In this document: piece by piece, positions 1-12,280 of the stretch | Layout: every line of letters starts with the position of its first letter | Position numbering within the stretch: the stretch's first letter is position 1 | Source of the DNA: Eledone cirrhosa | Taxonomy: Eukaryota | NCBI GenBank assembly: GCA_964016885.1 | Contig: OZ024741.1 | Coordinates: forward strand, 47,244,001-47,308,000 | Reading direction: 5' to 3' | DNA: 64,000 bases | Notes under the pieces: model-generated | Told to the model about the DNA's origin: nothing | The model's input: only the letters and a program-made list of their open reading frames with translations | Database searches by the model: none | Position numbers and translations under genes: made by a program

Positions 1-1500
1 ACACCACACCTCCACAGTACCTCAACTAATGTGGCAACACCACACCTCCACAGTACCTCAACTAATGTGGCAACACCACACCTCCAGAGTACCTCAACTA
101 ATGTGGCTATACCACACCTCCACAGTACCTCAACTAATGTGGCTACACCACACCTCCACAGTACCTCAATGTGACTACACCACACCTCCACAGTACCTCA
201 ACTAATGTGGCAACACCACACCTCCACAGTACCTCAACTAATGTGGGAACACCACACCTCCACAGTACCTCAACTAATGTGGCTACACCATACCTCCACA
301 GTACCTCAACTAATGTGGCAACACCACACCACAGTACCTCAACTAATGTGGCAACACCACACCTCCACAGTACCTCAATGTGACTACACCACACCTCCAC
401 AGTACCTCAACTAATGTGACTACACCACACCTCCACAGTACCTCAACTAATGTGACTACACCACACCTCCACAGTACCTCAACTAATGTGGCAACACCAC
501 ACCTCCGCAGTACCTCAACTAATGCGGCAACACCACACCTCCACAGTACCTCAACTAATGTGGCAACACCACACCTCCACAGTACCTCAACTAATGTGAC
601 TACACCACACCTCCACAGTACCTCAACTAATGTGGCAACACCACACCTCCACAGTACCTCAATGTGACTACACCACACCTCCACAGTACCTCAACTAATG
701 TGACTACACCACACCTCCACAGTACCTCAACTAATGTGACTACACCACACCTCCACAGTACCTCAACTAATGTGGCAACACCACACCTCCACAGTACCTC
801 AACTAATGTGGCAGCACCACACCTCCACAGTACCTCAACAAATGTGGCAACACCACACCTCCACAGTACCTCAACTAATGTGACTACACCACACCTCCAC
901 AGTACCTCAACTAATGTGGCAACACCACACCTCCACAGTACCTCAACTAATGTGGCAACACCACACCTCCACAGTACCTCAACTAATGTGGCAACACCAC
1001 ACCTCCACAGTACCTCAACTAATGTGGCAACACCACACCTCCACAGTACCTAAACTAATGTGACAACACCACACCTCCACAGTACCTAAACTAATGTGAC
1101 AACACCACACCTCCACAGTACCTCAACTAATGTGGCAACACCACACCTCCACAGTACCTCAACTAATGTGGCAACACCACACCACAGTACCTCAACTAAT
1201 GTGGCAACACCACACCTCCACAGTACCTCAACTAATGTGGCAACACCACACCTCCACAGTACCTCAACTAATGTGACAACACCACACCTCCACAGTACCT
1301 CAACTAATGTGGCAACACCACACCTCCACAGTACCTCAACTAATGTGGCAACACCACACCTCCACAGTACCTCAACTAATGTGGCAACACCACACCACAG
1401 TACCTCAACTAATGTGGCAACACCACACCACAGTACCTCAACTAATGTGGCAACACCACACCTCCACAGTACTTCAACTAATGTAGGTGACAACACCACA
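1..1500. repeat. 36-bp minisatellite (ACACCACACCTCCACAGTACCTCAACTAATGTGGCA)n, about 40 units, in a Mis12 intron
   Basis: Head-to-tail near-identical 36-mers with occasional 32/33-bp variants and no spacers. Confidence 0.97.
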
Positions 1501-1510
1501 CCACTCACCA

Positions 1511-1850
1511 CCATCATCATTGCCCATGCCTAGTCATCATCGTTGTCCTTGCCTGGTCATCATTGCCCATACCTGGTTATCCTCATCATCGTTGCCCATG
1601 CCTGATCATCATCATCATTGCCCATACCTGGTCATCATCATCATCATTGCCCATGCTAGGTCATCATCATCATTGCCTATGCCTGGTCATCATCATCATC
1701 ATTGCCCATGCCTGGTCATCATCATCATCATTGCCCATGCCTGGTCATCATCATCATCATCGTTGCCCATGCCTGGTCATCATCATCATTGCCCATGCCT
1801 GGTCATCATCATCATCATCGTTGCCCATGCCTGGTCATCATCATCATCAT
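1511..1850. repeat. Minisatellite TTGCCCATGCCTGGT(CAT)n
   Basis: About 11 units of variable length, directly next to the (CAT)n end of a minus-strand RTE remnant. Confidence 0.9.
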
Positions 1851-2710
1851 TTAACCATATTTCAAGGCTTCAGTAGTCATGTGGCCATGTTTCCACAGCC
1901 AACCACTTTACAGCAGGAGCATACCGGTAGGCCAAGACCTAAATACCATACCACCTCTCTGCTTCTTTACTACCATCCTCTCCTTGCTTCTTTCATTCCA
2001 ATTACATGATAAGGCAACTCTTCTGTAGTACAAGCATGTTATCAGCCATCTCAATCCTTTGTCATTTCCTTCATGAGAATCAGCTGTGTGAAATCAGCCT
2101 TCACAAATTTTCCTAGTACTACCTCTTCAATAGGTTCCCTTGACTTTCAGCACCTTGCATTTCTTTTACAGCTGTCATCCTCCATATGTATCACATGTTA
2201 ATACCATTGCAGTTTCCTTTCCTACACACTGCATCTGACTCCCTCTTATGCTCAATTTTTCTCTCACCTCAATGACATTTCGCCGTTCATACATACTATT
2301 ATTTACAAATCCATCAAAGCATGCAAGCTTCATTACTTTGCAGTCTTTATAAGTCCTCTACATACAAAGCCCAAATCTTATCTCCATGCAGCATTGCCAT
2401 TTCCACACAAGCATCATACAATCTGCTTTTCCCTCTGCGAGAGAAAAGCCCTTTGCGTCAGCAGCTCCCCAAACTTTTTCCAAGCAGTCCTCGCATAACA
2501 CTAACTTTCACTGCTAATTTGATCACCCAGATAAAAAAAAGCAGCCCTCAACCTCTAGGGAGTCATCTAGAGAGTCATCTAGAGAGTCACCTTGTTTCAT
2601 GTGAGCTCTTCATGCTTACTGCTCTTGTGCATCTACCATATATAAAGCCTACATTTCTTACAAGCATACCCAAGATTCTACAACATCTGCTGCGTATAAA
2701 TAGCTTCCAT
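1850..2710 (-). mobile_element. Decayed RTE LINE 3' portion
   Basis: Reverse complement resembles the RLYDAC...MLHG.E.W...NEACM and ERRLRWY..V.RM.DD regions of the intact RTE copies. Confidence 0.7.
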
Positions 2711-2924
2711 TTCCTGCTAGAAGGAATGACATAAAGAGAGAGAGCAAGAGGGAACGACGTAGGGAGATAGCAAGAGGGAACTAGAGAGAGGAGAAAGAGA
2801 TAGAGAGAGGGAGAAAGGAAAAGTTCTGTGTATGACGGAAAGAGTGTAAAGTGAAAGAGAAAAAGGGGAAAGGCATGTGAAATGAAAGAGGAAAAGAAGA
2901 AAGAATGTGAGAGTAGACACTCAC

Positions 2925-3065
2925 TGCCCAGATCTTCATCTTTAAGTCATCAATTTCCTGATCAAGGTGAGATTCCTCTTGTGGAGTATATTGAACAGAC
3001 TGTGGAGAATCTTCCTCCAAGAGAATATGGGACGGAATGATGAAGATATTCTTCAAAACATAAGA
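2925..3065 (-). CDS. MIS12: Mis12 coding exon 4 (SYVLKNIFIIPSHILLEEDSPQSVQYTPQEESHLDQEIDDLKMKIWA); gene continues left of window
   Basis: ttttccag acceptor and GTGAGT donor. 141 nt, phase 0/0. Matches the Mis12 motif IL.IP.NILL.ED...Y..E...L.KEI..L. Confidence 0.9.
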
Positions 3066-3120
3066 CTGGAAAACAAACAAAATTAAATAATTACATAGTT
3101 GCTAGTTGAGCCATTCTGTC

Positions 3121-3635
3121 AATCATCATCATTTAACGTTCATTTTCCATGTTAGTATGGGTAGGACGGGCTATCCCTTTGGGATATATCAGGTCGGAGG
3201 ACCATGTTTCGCTCACACAGGGCTGATTTTGGCTTGATTTCTACAGCTGGATGCCCTTCCTAATGCCAACCACATTTACAGTGCATGCTGGGTGCTTTTT
3301 GTCGTGACGCCTTCACAACCACTTTTACAGCATGAACTGGGTATTGAATATATATAATTTTTTGAATCCAGGACTGGTATGACATGCATACTAAGATTAT
3401 ATGTGTGTGGTGACATGACGAAAAGGCACCCAGTCCACCGTTAGATGGTCATTTTCGTAACATGATAAAAACCACCCAGTCTACACTGTAACATGGTTGG
3501 CATCCAGCCGTAGAAATGAAGTCAAAATACAGATCCGTATGAGCAAGACATGGTCACCTAACCTGATTTGTCCCATAACAGAACTCATTTAACCCATGCA
3601 AGTGTGGAAAAATAAACATTAAATGGTGATGATGA
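3121..3635. mobile_element. Two RTE/SINE 3'-tail fragments in opposite orientation (3121-3345 minus, ~3410-3635 plus)
   Basis: Tail motifs ggaagggcatccagc.gtagaaa and acccatgc.agc.tggaaaa...gatgat. Confidence 0.7.
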
Positions 3636-3676
3636 AACATGCCAGATATACAAATTTCACATATATATATATATAT

Positions 3677-4018
3677 CATCATCATCATCATTTCATTTTA
3701 CATCCGCTTTTTCCCTGCTTGCAAGGGTGGGACGGGAACTGATTCTGGCTTGATTTCTACAGCTGGATGCCCTTCCTAACACCAACCTCATTTACAGTGA
3801 GTGCTGGGTGCTTTTTTGCCGTGGCACCTGCACGACCACTTTGCAGTGGAATGATATGGACCCCAGTCCCTATCATCTCAATTCTACAGCTGAGTGAAGT
3901 GGAGCAATGTGAAATAAAGTGTCTTGCTCAAGGAAACAACACATCACCCGGTCTGAGAATTGAACTCTCAACCTTTTGATTGCAAGGCCAATGCTCTAAC
4001 CACTAAGCCATGTGCCTC
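3677..4018 (-). mobile_element. Full-length tRNA-derived CORE-type SINE with RTE-derived 3' tail
   Basis: On the minus strand: A-box TGGCTTAGTGG, B-box GTTCAATTC, CORE-like GTTTCCTTGAGCAAGACACTT, a tail nearly identical to the 3'UTR of the RTE at 7660-7815, and a (GAT)n end. Confidence 0.85.
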
Positions 4019-4019
4019 C

Positions 4020-4046
<27 letters not shown>

Positions 4047-4050
<4 letters not shown>

Positions 4051-6050
4051 TCGAGGGGAGTATAATAAGTAAGGCAATCAAGGATATGAAGACAGGTAAG
4101 GCGGCTGGGCCTTCGGAAATAGTTGCTGAGATGCTGAAGGCATCTGGCACGGTGGGACACACCATGATCACCCGCATAGTTAACCAAGTCGTACAGAATG
4201 GGGTTGTTCCGAAGGACTGGCATAGCAGCATCATCGTTAACTGTTATAAGGGTAAAGGAGACGCCCTAGATAGGAGTAACTATAGAGGCATTAAATTAAT
4301 CGACCAGGTCATGAAGGTCACGGAAAAAGTAATAGCGCAACTAATCAGAGAGAGAATTGACCTAGATGAAATGCAGTTCGGGTTTGTGTCAGGCAAAAGT
4401 ACCACAGACGCTCTTTTCATAGTACGACAACTACAGGAGAAGTTCCTAGCTAAAGGTAAACCCCTCTACTTAGCTTTTGTCGACTTGGAGAAAGCCTTCG
4501 ACAGAGTCCCCCGCTCCATTATCTGGTGGGCTCTTAGAAAACTAGGCGTTGACGAATGGCTTGTGAGGGCTATACAAGCCATGTATAAAGAAACAGTCAG
4601 CAAGGTTAGAATTAACAACGAATATAGTGAAGAGTTTAGCGTAAAAGTTGGCGTCCATCAGGGCTCTGTTCTCAGCCCCCTACTATTTATTATTGCCCTT
4701 CAGGCTATAACAGAGGAGTTCAAGACAGGCTGCCCATGGGAACTCCTATACGCAGACGACCTGACACTCATAGCGGAATCAATGGTCGAGCTAGAGAAGA
4801 AATTCCAAACATGGAAGCACGGCCTAGAGTCAAAAGGACTTAAAATTAACCTGGCTAAGACCAAAGTTCTAGTTTGTAGGAAAGAAAACAAGGCAGCGGT
4901 CCCTTCTGGGAAATGGTCGTGCTCGGTGTGTAGGAAAGGCGTAGGTAGAAACTCCATTTTATGTCCTAAATGCAAAGTATGGGTGCATAAAAGATGTAGT
5001 GGGATCACAGGTAAGCTAACTAAGAACATAGATTTTACATGTGGCCGGTGTTCTGGTGCAATAAGTAGCAGCAAGTGCCCACAAAATACTAGCTCTTTCA
5101 ATTGCGCAGAGGGTTCTATAGAAATAGTGGACAGCTTCCGTTACCTGGGCGATAAAATCAGCAGTGGGGGAGGGTGCTCTGAAAGTACTGTAGCTAGAGT
5201 CAGAACTGGTTGGAAAAAGTTCAGAGAGCTTATACCACTATTAGCTGCTAAAGGGTTCTCCCTAAAAATGAAAGGCAGGTTGTACGATGCCTGCATACGA
5301 ACAGCAATGTTGCATGGCAGTGAGACCTGGGCATTGTGTGCAGAGGATATACGCAGACTAGAGAGGAACGAAGCTTGCATGCTCCGCTGGATGTGTAACA
5401 GTAATATACGTGAACGGCAAAGCATAAACGAACTAAGGAAAAAATTAGAGATAAGAGGGATCAGATGTTGTTTACTCGAGAGAAGGCTACGTTGGTATGG
5501 ACACGTGATGCGCATGAAAGTCGATAGCTGTATAACAAAGTGCAGGGCAATAAAGATAGACGGTAGCCACGGAATAAGCAGACCTAGAAAAACCTGGGAC
5601 GAGCTGATAAACTCCGACCTCACACACTTACACCTCTCCAAGACAATGTCACTGGACCGAGACCTTTGGCGGTACTCAGTAACAGAGAAGACCCGCCTTG
5701 CCAGTAGGCATCTCTAACAAAATACACCCCGTCCCGCCACCACCCCCACCCATCCACACCACCCCGTCCTATGTAAAGTTATGTTGGTGCCACGCCATCC
5801 AGGCCGAAACAAATGAGATCGTGTAGGTGTCACGACAAAAAAACACACAGTCCACGCTGTAATGTGGCCGTGTAGGCAACACGGTAAAAACCTCCCAGAC
5901 CCACACTGTAAATGTGGTTGGTGTTAGGAAGGGCATCCAACTGTAGAAAACCTGCCAGACAGTCCTATGCGAGCAAGACAATCACTCTTGCCTCAAGTGG
6001 GACTACCCCCGTCCAAACCCATGCAAGCGTGGAACACGGATGTTAAACGT

Positions 6051-6098
<48 letters not shown>
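4047..6098 (+). mobile_element. RTE LINE copy A, 5'-truncated, uninterrupted RT+PHD+C-terminal ORF to 5717, (GAT)n tail
   Basis: RT motifs KAAGP, QFGF, AFVDLEKAFD, GVHQGSVLSP, YADD, FRYLG. Flanked by (TA)n on both sides. Confidence 0.95.
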
Positions 6099-6127
<29 letters not shown>

Positions 6128-6130
<3 letters not shown>

Positions 6131-7927
6131 AAAAGATTGGTGCAGTAGCATCATTGTCAACTGCTACAAAGGTAAAGGCAATGCACTAGATAGAGGAAAC
6201 TATAGAGGTATAAAGTTGATGGACCAGGTCATGAAAGTAACAGAAAGAGTTATAGCACAGCTGATTAGGGACCGGGTGAAAATAGACGAGATGTAATTTG
6301 GGTTTGTACCAGGAAGAGGCACCACTGATGCCCTCTTCCTTGTGAGGCAATTACAGGAAAAGTACCTAGCTAAAAGTAAGCCACTCTACTTGGCATTTGT
6401 CGACCTTGAGAAAGCCTTTGACAGAGTTCCACGTGTTGTAATCTGGTGGGCTCTTAGAAAACTAGGAGTAGATGAATGGCTTGTGAAAGCGGTACAAGCC
6501 ATGTATAGGGGAGCAGTCAGCAAAGTTTGGATTAGCAATGAGTATAGCGAGGAATTTAGCGTACAGGTTGGTGTCCACCAGGGCTCTGTTCTTAGCCCTC
6601 TCCTGTTCATCATAGTCCTGCAGGCAATAACGGAGGAGTTTAAGACCGGATGCCCATGGGAACTCCTGTGTGCTGATGACCTCGCACTCATAGCTGAATC
6701 TATGGTAGAACTAGAGAAGAAATTCCAAACCTGGAAGCAGGGACTAGAAAGAAAGGGTTTCAAAGTCAACATGACAAAGACTATGGTCCTTGTATGTAGA
6801 CAAGAAAACATAACCCAGATCCCCTCAGGGAAATGGCCTTGCTCAGTATGTAGGAAAGGTGTAGGTAGGAACTCCATTCTCTGCCCCAAATGCAAACAAT
6901 AGGTACACAAGAGATGTAGCGGGATCTCAGGAAGCTTAATTAAGAATGTAGGATTCACATGCAGCAGCTGTGCTGAAACAGCAAGCAGCAAACAGCCACA
7001 GGAAACAAGTACCACCAATCTCTGGGAGGGCCCTGTAGAAACAGTAGACAGCTTCTGCTACCTAGGTGACCGAATTAGCAACGGAGGTGGGTGTTCAGAA
7101 AGTACAATAACTAGGGTAAGAACGGGATGGAAGAAGTTTAGGGAACTACTACCACTGCTAGCTGCAAAAGGCTTCTCCCTCAGAATGAAAGGCAGACTGT
7201 ATGATGCGTGTATCCGAACAGCGATGTTGCATGGTAGTGAGACCTGGGCGCTGAAGGTGGAAGACTTACGTAGATTAGAGAGAAACGAAGCCTGCATGCT
7301 CCGATGGATGTGTAACAGTAATATACGTGAACGACAAAGCATAAATGAATTGAGAGAGAGACTGAGCATAAGAAGAATCAAATGCTGTGTGCAGGAGAGG
7401 CGGTTGCGCTGGTATGGACATGTGATGCGTATGAAGGATGACAGCTGCATAAAAAGGTGCAGAGCACTAGAAGTTGATGGAAACCGCTGAGTGGGGAGAC
7501 CCAAGATGACCTGGGATGAGGTGATAAAAGCCGACCTTACCCAATTACACCTCTCAAAGACAATGACACACGACCGTGACTTCTGGCGTCACGCAGTAAT
7601 ACAGAGTACCCGACCTCCCATGGGTACAAGCTGAAGCATATAAACAATATGCCCCCACCGCAAGGTGGTCGTGGAGGTGCCACGGCAAAAAAGCACCCAG
7701 CCCACACTGTAAAGTGGACGTGTAGGCGCCACGAAAAAGCACCCAGCACTCACTGTAAATGAGGTTGGTGTTAGGAAGGGCATCCAGCTGTAGAAATCAA
7801 GCCAGATCAGTTCCTGTATGAGCAAGGCATGGTCAGCCGACCAGACACTGCCCACAACAGGACAACCCGTCTAGCCCATGCTAGCGTGGAAGAACGGACG
7901 TAAAACGGTGATGATGATGAAGATGAT
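6128..7927 (+). mobile_element. RTE LINE copy B (second subfamily), 5'-truncated, with in-frame stops
   Basis: ORFs 6342-6902 and 7185-7490 carry RT/PHD motifs, followed by a 3'UTR and (GAT)n tail. Confidence 0.93.
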
Positions 7928-7937
7928 ATATATATAT

Positions 7938-8380
7938 AAATGAAAGGTATAGAAAATATTGTAGCAAAAAGCCAACAGTATTCCATAATATATAAGTGAC
8001 TATAGCGTCAAAATGGGAAAAATATTTAACGTAAGATGTGGGAAAAATAATTCAAACTCAACTCAAAAAGAATCAGGATATAGATTCATCCAACAGAATT
8101 TAGTGAAATCCATGGAAAAATCAATAGAGCCTTAACTCATGATAAAATAAAGTTTAAAATACTCATCCTTCAATTTGGGACAATTACAAATGCTCTGTAT
8201 AGTCTTGAAGACTATTTCACGAAAACTTTCAGTGGAGATGGTCACGGTTAGAATTCGATCCTCAGCAGAGCTCAACTCGATAGCCAAATTTCTCACTGAT
8301 TAATATGCCAAAAAGGGAATTAAAAGCAGGCTAGTTTACCATCATGCGTGATTATGAAAATAAAACTCACATGTGGAAAA
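7938..8380 (-). mobile_element. Hammerhead-containing repeat (putative retrozyme), partial copy 1
   Basis: Homologous to 31343-31767, 32143-32990 and 58408-59108. Bounded by TA runs. Confidence 0.8.
8192..8271 (-). ncRNA. Type I hammerhead ribozyme (retrozyme copy 1)
   Basis: GCTCTG-CTGAGGA-tCGAA...TTCGt-GAAA-TAGTC ttcaa GACTA-TA-CAGAGC. Perfect stems I and III, AUA cleavage triplet, U.U at the 10.1/11.1 pair. Confidence 0.8.
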
Positions 8381-8473
8381 ATATATATAGGCACACACAC
8401 ACACAATATATATATATATATATATATATATCGTTTATATATATATATATATCGTTTATATATATATATCGTT

Positions 8474-8505
<32 letters not shown>

Positions 8506-9049
8506 AAATCAAATGAAAATGGAAAATGGGACAAAAAGCAAACAGAACAATACAGAAATGGGCAAAAAAATTGGGAGATAACAAGCACAAAAATAACAAA
8601 AAATTCCTAATCTTCAGCTGACACCTCTAAGCCCACAGTTTTAGGGGTTTCTGTATTTGTCTTTTGAGTCCGACTCATTGTTTGATCTGAGTATCACAAT
8701 CCTTTTGTTCCTGCATGCCCTCATTGTAAATGTGGTTGGTGTTAGGAAGGGCATTCAGCTGTAAAAACCCCAGCCAAATTTACAATCCCGTCGGAACAAG
8801 GTCCAGCATGGCCAATCCTAGCCAGACTTGTCCCTCGACATGGACGACCTGTCTGACCCATGCAAGCATGGAAAAATGTCTCACACCTAGTTATCTGTAT
8901 CTCTTCCAAATAACACCATTTTGAAGAATTGTTGTAGTAGAACTATTCTATAGTTTCCCAACTGTTTACCTACAGAAAAACCAGGCTTAATTTTTTATTT
9001 GTTAGAAAACAAGATGGCGTTATGAATGCCAAGTCCTTCTCCAGAGAAG

Positions 9050-11105
9050 AATACACAACTGAAGTTGGCTATTAGTGACTTAAAAATAAGCAGAAGATGC
9101 AACAAGAAATCAAGATGAAAAATGATAAAGCTGCTAGTCTGTCAATGATTGTTCTTGAGATGCTGAACTATCCTGGGGAAGTAGGAGTGAAACTGATCAC
9201 CTACTTAATCAGGCAATACATCTTGACTTGTGTAGTAGTATACTCAATTGTTACAAGGGAAAATGTAATGCATTAGAAAGGGGCAACTACAACAACATAA
9301 AACTGATGGATCAAGTTATGTGACAGAATTTTAGCATAACTATTTGATGAAATAATCAAATTAAATGAATTGCAGTTTGATTTTGTATGAGGGAGGAGCA
9401 CCATAAATGTCCTCCTCTTAGTAAGACAACAAGAAGTTTCTAGCTAAATGTAAACCACTATATCTAGCTTTCATTAAACTGGAGAAGGCCTTTGATAAAG
9501 AATCTTGATCAGTTATTTGGTGATCCTTAACCCTTTAGCATTTAAATCGGCCATATCCAGCCAGAATTCTCTCATCTCTTTCTGTTCAAACTGGCCACTC
9601 ATACTGATGTTAATATATTGTTCTCAAAATAAATAACATCAAAATCTCATAGATTTGATCTTATGTGAGGTAAAGCCTTTACCATAAAAATACTATAATA
9701 AATATAGAGTAATGTAAATGCTAAAGGATTAAGGAACTAGGCCATTAGAGAAGAGTTTAAAACTGGTTATCTATGGGAACTTCAGTATACTGACAACTTG
9801 GTTCTTATTGCCAAATCTATGGAAGAACTAAAGAAATTAAGGCTTTGGAAACAGAATCAAATTGGGAAAAACCAAATTCTTGCTAAGTATGAAAGAAAAC
9901 AGGACTAACACCATCAGGGAAGTGGCTTTGCTTGATATGTAGAAGAGTAGGTAGAAACTATTGAATGCACACAACGTAAACTTTGGTGAGTGGGATAGCA
10001 AGTAGACTAACAGGGACAGTTGGTAGTAAGAGCCTCAGTGAAATAATCCTATGAATAATCTACAAAAATATCTCAGGGCCATGTTCACGAGTGATGAAAG
10101 GCAGGAGGCTGTATTAAGTGCAAGAATTGCAAAAGCTGGTGCAGTAATGTGTCAGCTTCAGCAGTAATCAGAATAAGAGAGGTAGGCATAAAAGCCACAC
10201 TTGCTATCTTCCATTTGGTTTTTGCGCCAACCCTTACCTCTGGTCATGAATCTTGGGTAATAACTGAAAGAATACGATCATGAATACAAGCAGCTGAAAT
10301 GGGATTCCTCGAAAGGGTCTTTGGAATAACGTTATTCGATAAAGTGCGTAGCTCGGAGATCAGAGAGTCACTCCAGGTAGAACTGCTACTTCTCCAAATT
10401 GAGAGATCACAGTTCCAATACTAAGAAAATGTAGTTAGAATGTCTCAGGAAAGAATTGCTAAACAGATTTTATGGGCAAAACCAACAAGTAGGAGACCCA
10501 GGTCTAGACTCCAAGTAAGATGGTAGGATAACATCCATGAGCTTTGTTTGTCTCGCTTGGGGATCCAGCTGGATCAGTTGGAGATGGTTGCTTCTGACAG
10601 GACCTACTGACAGGAATAGGTGGGCAAAGAAGAATTAATCCATAAAAGTGATTGATAGCTTCCACAACCAAGGGGATCTAATTGGCAGTGGAAGAAGTTA
10701 CACCGAGAGCATTGTAACTGGGATAAAAACAGAATGGAAAAAGTTTAGGAAGTTACTACCTCTGTTGACAACAAAGAGTTTCTCTACAAAAGAATGGCTA
10801 GCTTTAAGATGCCTGCATGCGATGTTGCGTGGTAACAGTGAGACATGGGCAAAACAAAGATGAGTTGAGAGAAAAGCTAGGTGTAAAAAGAATCAAATAT
10901 AGTGTGCATGAGAGATGACTGCTGAACTGGCATGGACAATGATCGCTGGGTGAAGTAGTACCAAAGAATTCCAGTGTAAGGAAGCTACAGTAGAGGGAGA
11001 TTAAGGAAAACCTTGGCAGAAGTGGTGAGAGCTGATCTCAAAATGCTGAACCTTGCAGTGGAGAAATGTTGTGCTAGAAAAGATACGTTCAACCCATGGA
11101 AAATT
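9050..11105 (+). mobile_element. Heavily decayed RTE LINE, interrupted by a piggyBac MITE (9527-9732) and by a C-terminal fragment of a different RTE family (~10080-10620)
   Basis: Scattered KAA.PS, NCYKGK, QF.F, EKAFD and WKKFR.LLPLL motifs. The insert encodes GHESWV.T.RIRS.IQAAEM.FL.R. Confidence 0.7.
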
Positions 11106-11937
11106 GAACAAAACAATAACATACACTGTTCTGTAGACAAGTACCAATGACAGGCACAACTTACAAATATGAGTATATATATACACACACACGATAGCTT
11201 TCTCTGTAAATACAGTAGTAAAACAATACTTTGTATACAAGAGATATCCATGACAAAGTTACAATTTGTGTATGCATGCACGTGTGTATGTGTGTGTGTG
11301 TGTACGTGTACGTACGCGTGTACGTGTGTGTGTATGTGTGTGTGCGTACGTGTGTGTACGTGTGTGTGTGTGTACATACATGTACGTGTGTATACACACA
11401 CACTATAATCCCTCCTCCTGTATAGCTACATAATGTACACAATGCAGACATCTCTGCCTAGAAGCTATTGTCATGTAGTTAAACAGTAAGGGGCTGAATC
11501 AGTTGTAAATACATCAAAATCACTGAAGGAGAGAAAAGTACTTCTATGTAAGCAACAATGGAATGGAAAGCAGTGGAGAGAATTGTTTTTAACTGTCTCA
11601 GCAGTCAATGGATTTCGACAGGAGACAAGCAACAACAGCCTCACTTCTATTCACTTTATTCTTTATTTTCCATCCCTCCTGTGAATAATATTCAACTTCT
11701 CTGACAAGGCTATACATAAATACCACATTAGCTTCAAACCATTCCTTTCCTCTATTGTGCAGTGGTGACAGTGTCATCGTCATCTCAGTTGTCTTCCTTG
11801 GTAGACACAGCAGGGCCAAATGGTTATACAAGTTCCCTTTGCAACCATAAGGTTCTAGGTTCAATTAAATCCCAAATGAATGGCACCATGGCCAAATGTC
11901 ATTTACCATACACTCAAATCGACCCAATCCTTCCGAG

Positions 11938-12141
11938 TTAACCCTTTAGCATTTAAACTGGCCATATCCAGCCAGAATTCTCTCACCTCTTTCTGCTGTA
12001 ACTGATCTATCATACTGATTGTTAAGGTATTCTTCTCAAAATAAATAATATCAAAATCTCAGATTCAATATCATATGAGAATTATGCGAGGTAAAACCTT
12101 TACCCTGAAAATACAGAGTAATGTAAATGCCAAAGGGTTAA
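11938..12141. mobile_element. piggyBac-type MITE, TTAA|CCCTTTAGCATT...AATGCCAAAGGG|TTAA (related copies 9527-9732, 15155-15307, 15344-15553)
   Basis: TTAA target duplication, CCCT...AGGG terminal inverted repeats and internal sequence shared among copies. Confidence 0.85.
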
Positions 12142-12280
12142 ATCAGGTAAACAGAAGCTGTTTGGAAACAAGTTGGATAAACTGTATCTGAAAATTAAAG
12201 GGCCAGCTTTGTTACACACAGACAAATTGTTAAAAAATTCTCTTTGCAATCAAGGTTCCACATTTGATCCTATTGTGCAG

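Noticed and set aside
1-1500. 36-bp repeat array as a CRISPR array or a mucin-like repeat protein
   Set aside because: Units are contiguous with no unique spacers and there are no cas genes. The context is eukaryotic. ORFs on both strands shift frame at 32-bp variants, which fits an intronic minisatellite.
3945-4018. tRNA gene
   Set aside because: The A/B boxes belong to a SINE head that continues into CORE and LINE-tail sequence. No complete cloverleaf.
4700-7504. Long antisense ORFs over the RTE copies (also over the Gypsy elements)
   Set aside because: Shadow frames of the transposon ORFs, with no independent protein motifs.
11598-11864. 88-aa minus-strand ORF as an additional Mis12 exon
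   Set aside because: Exons 3 and 4 already join in frame and collinear with Mis12. No recognisable motif or convincing splice pair.
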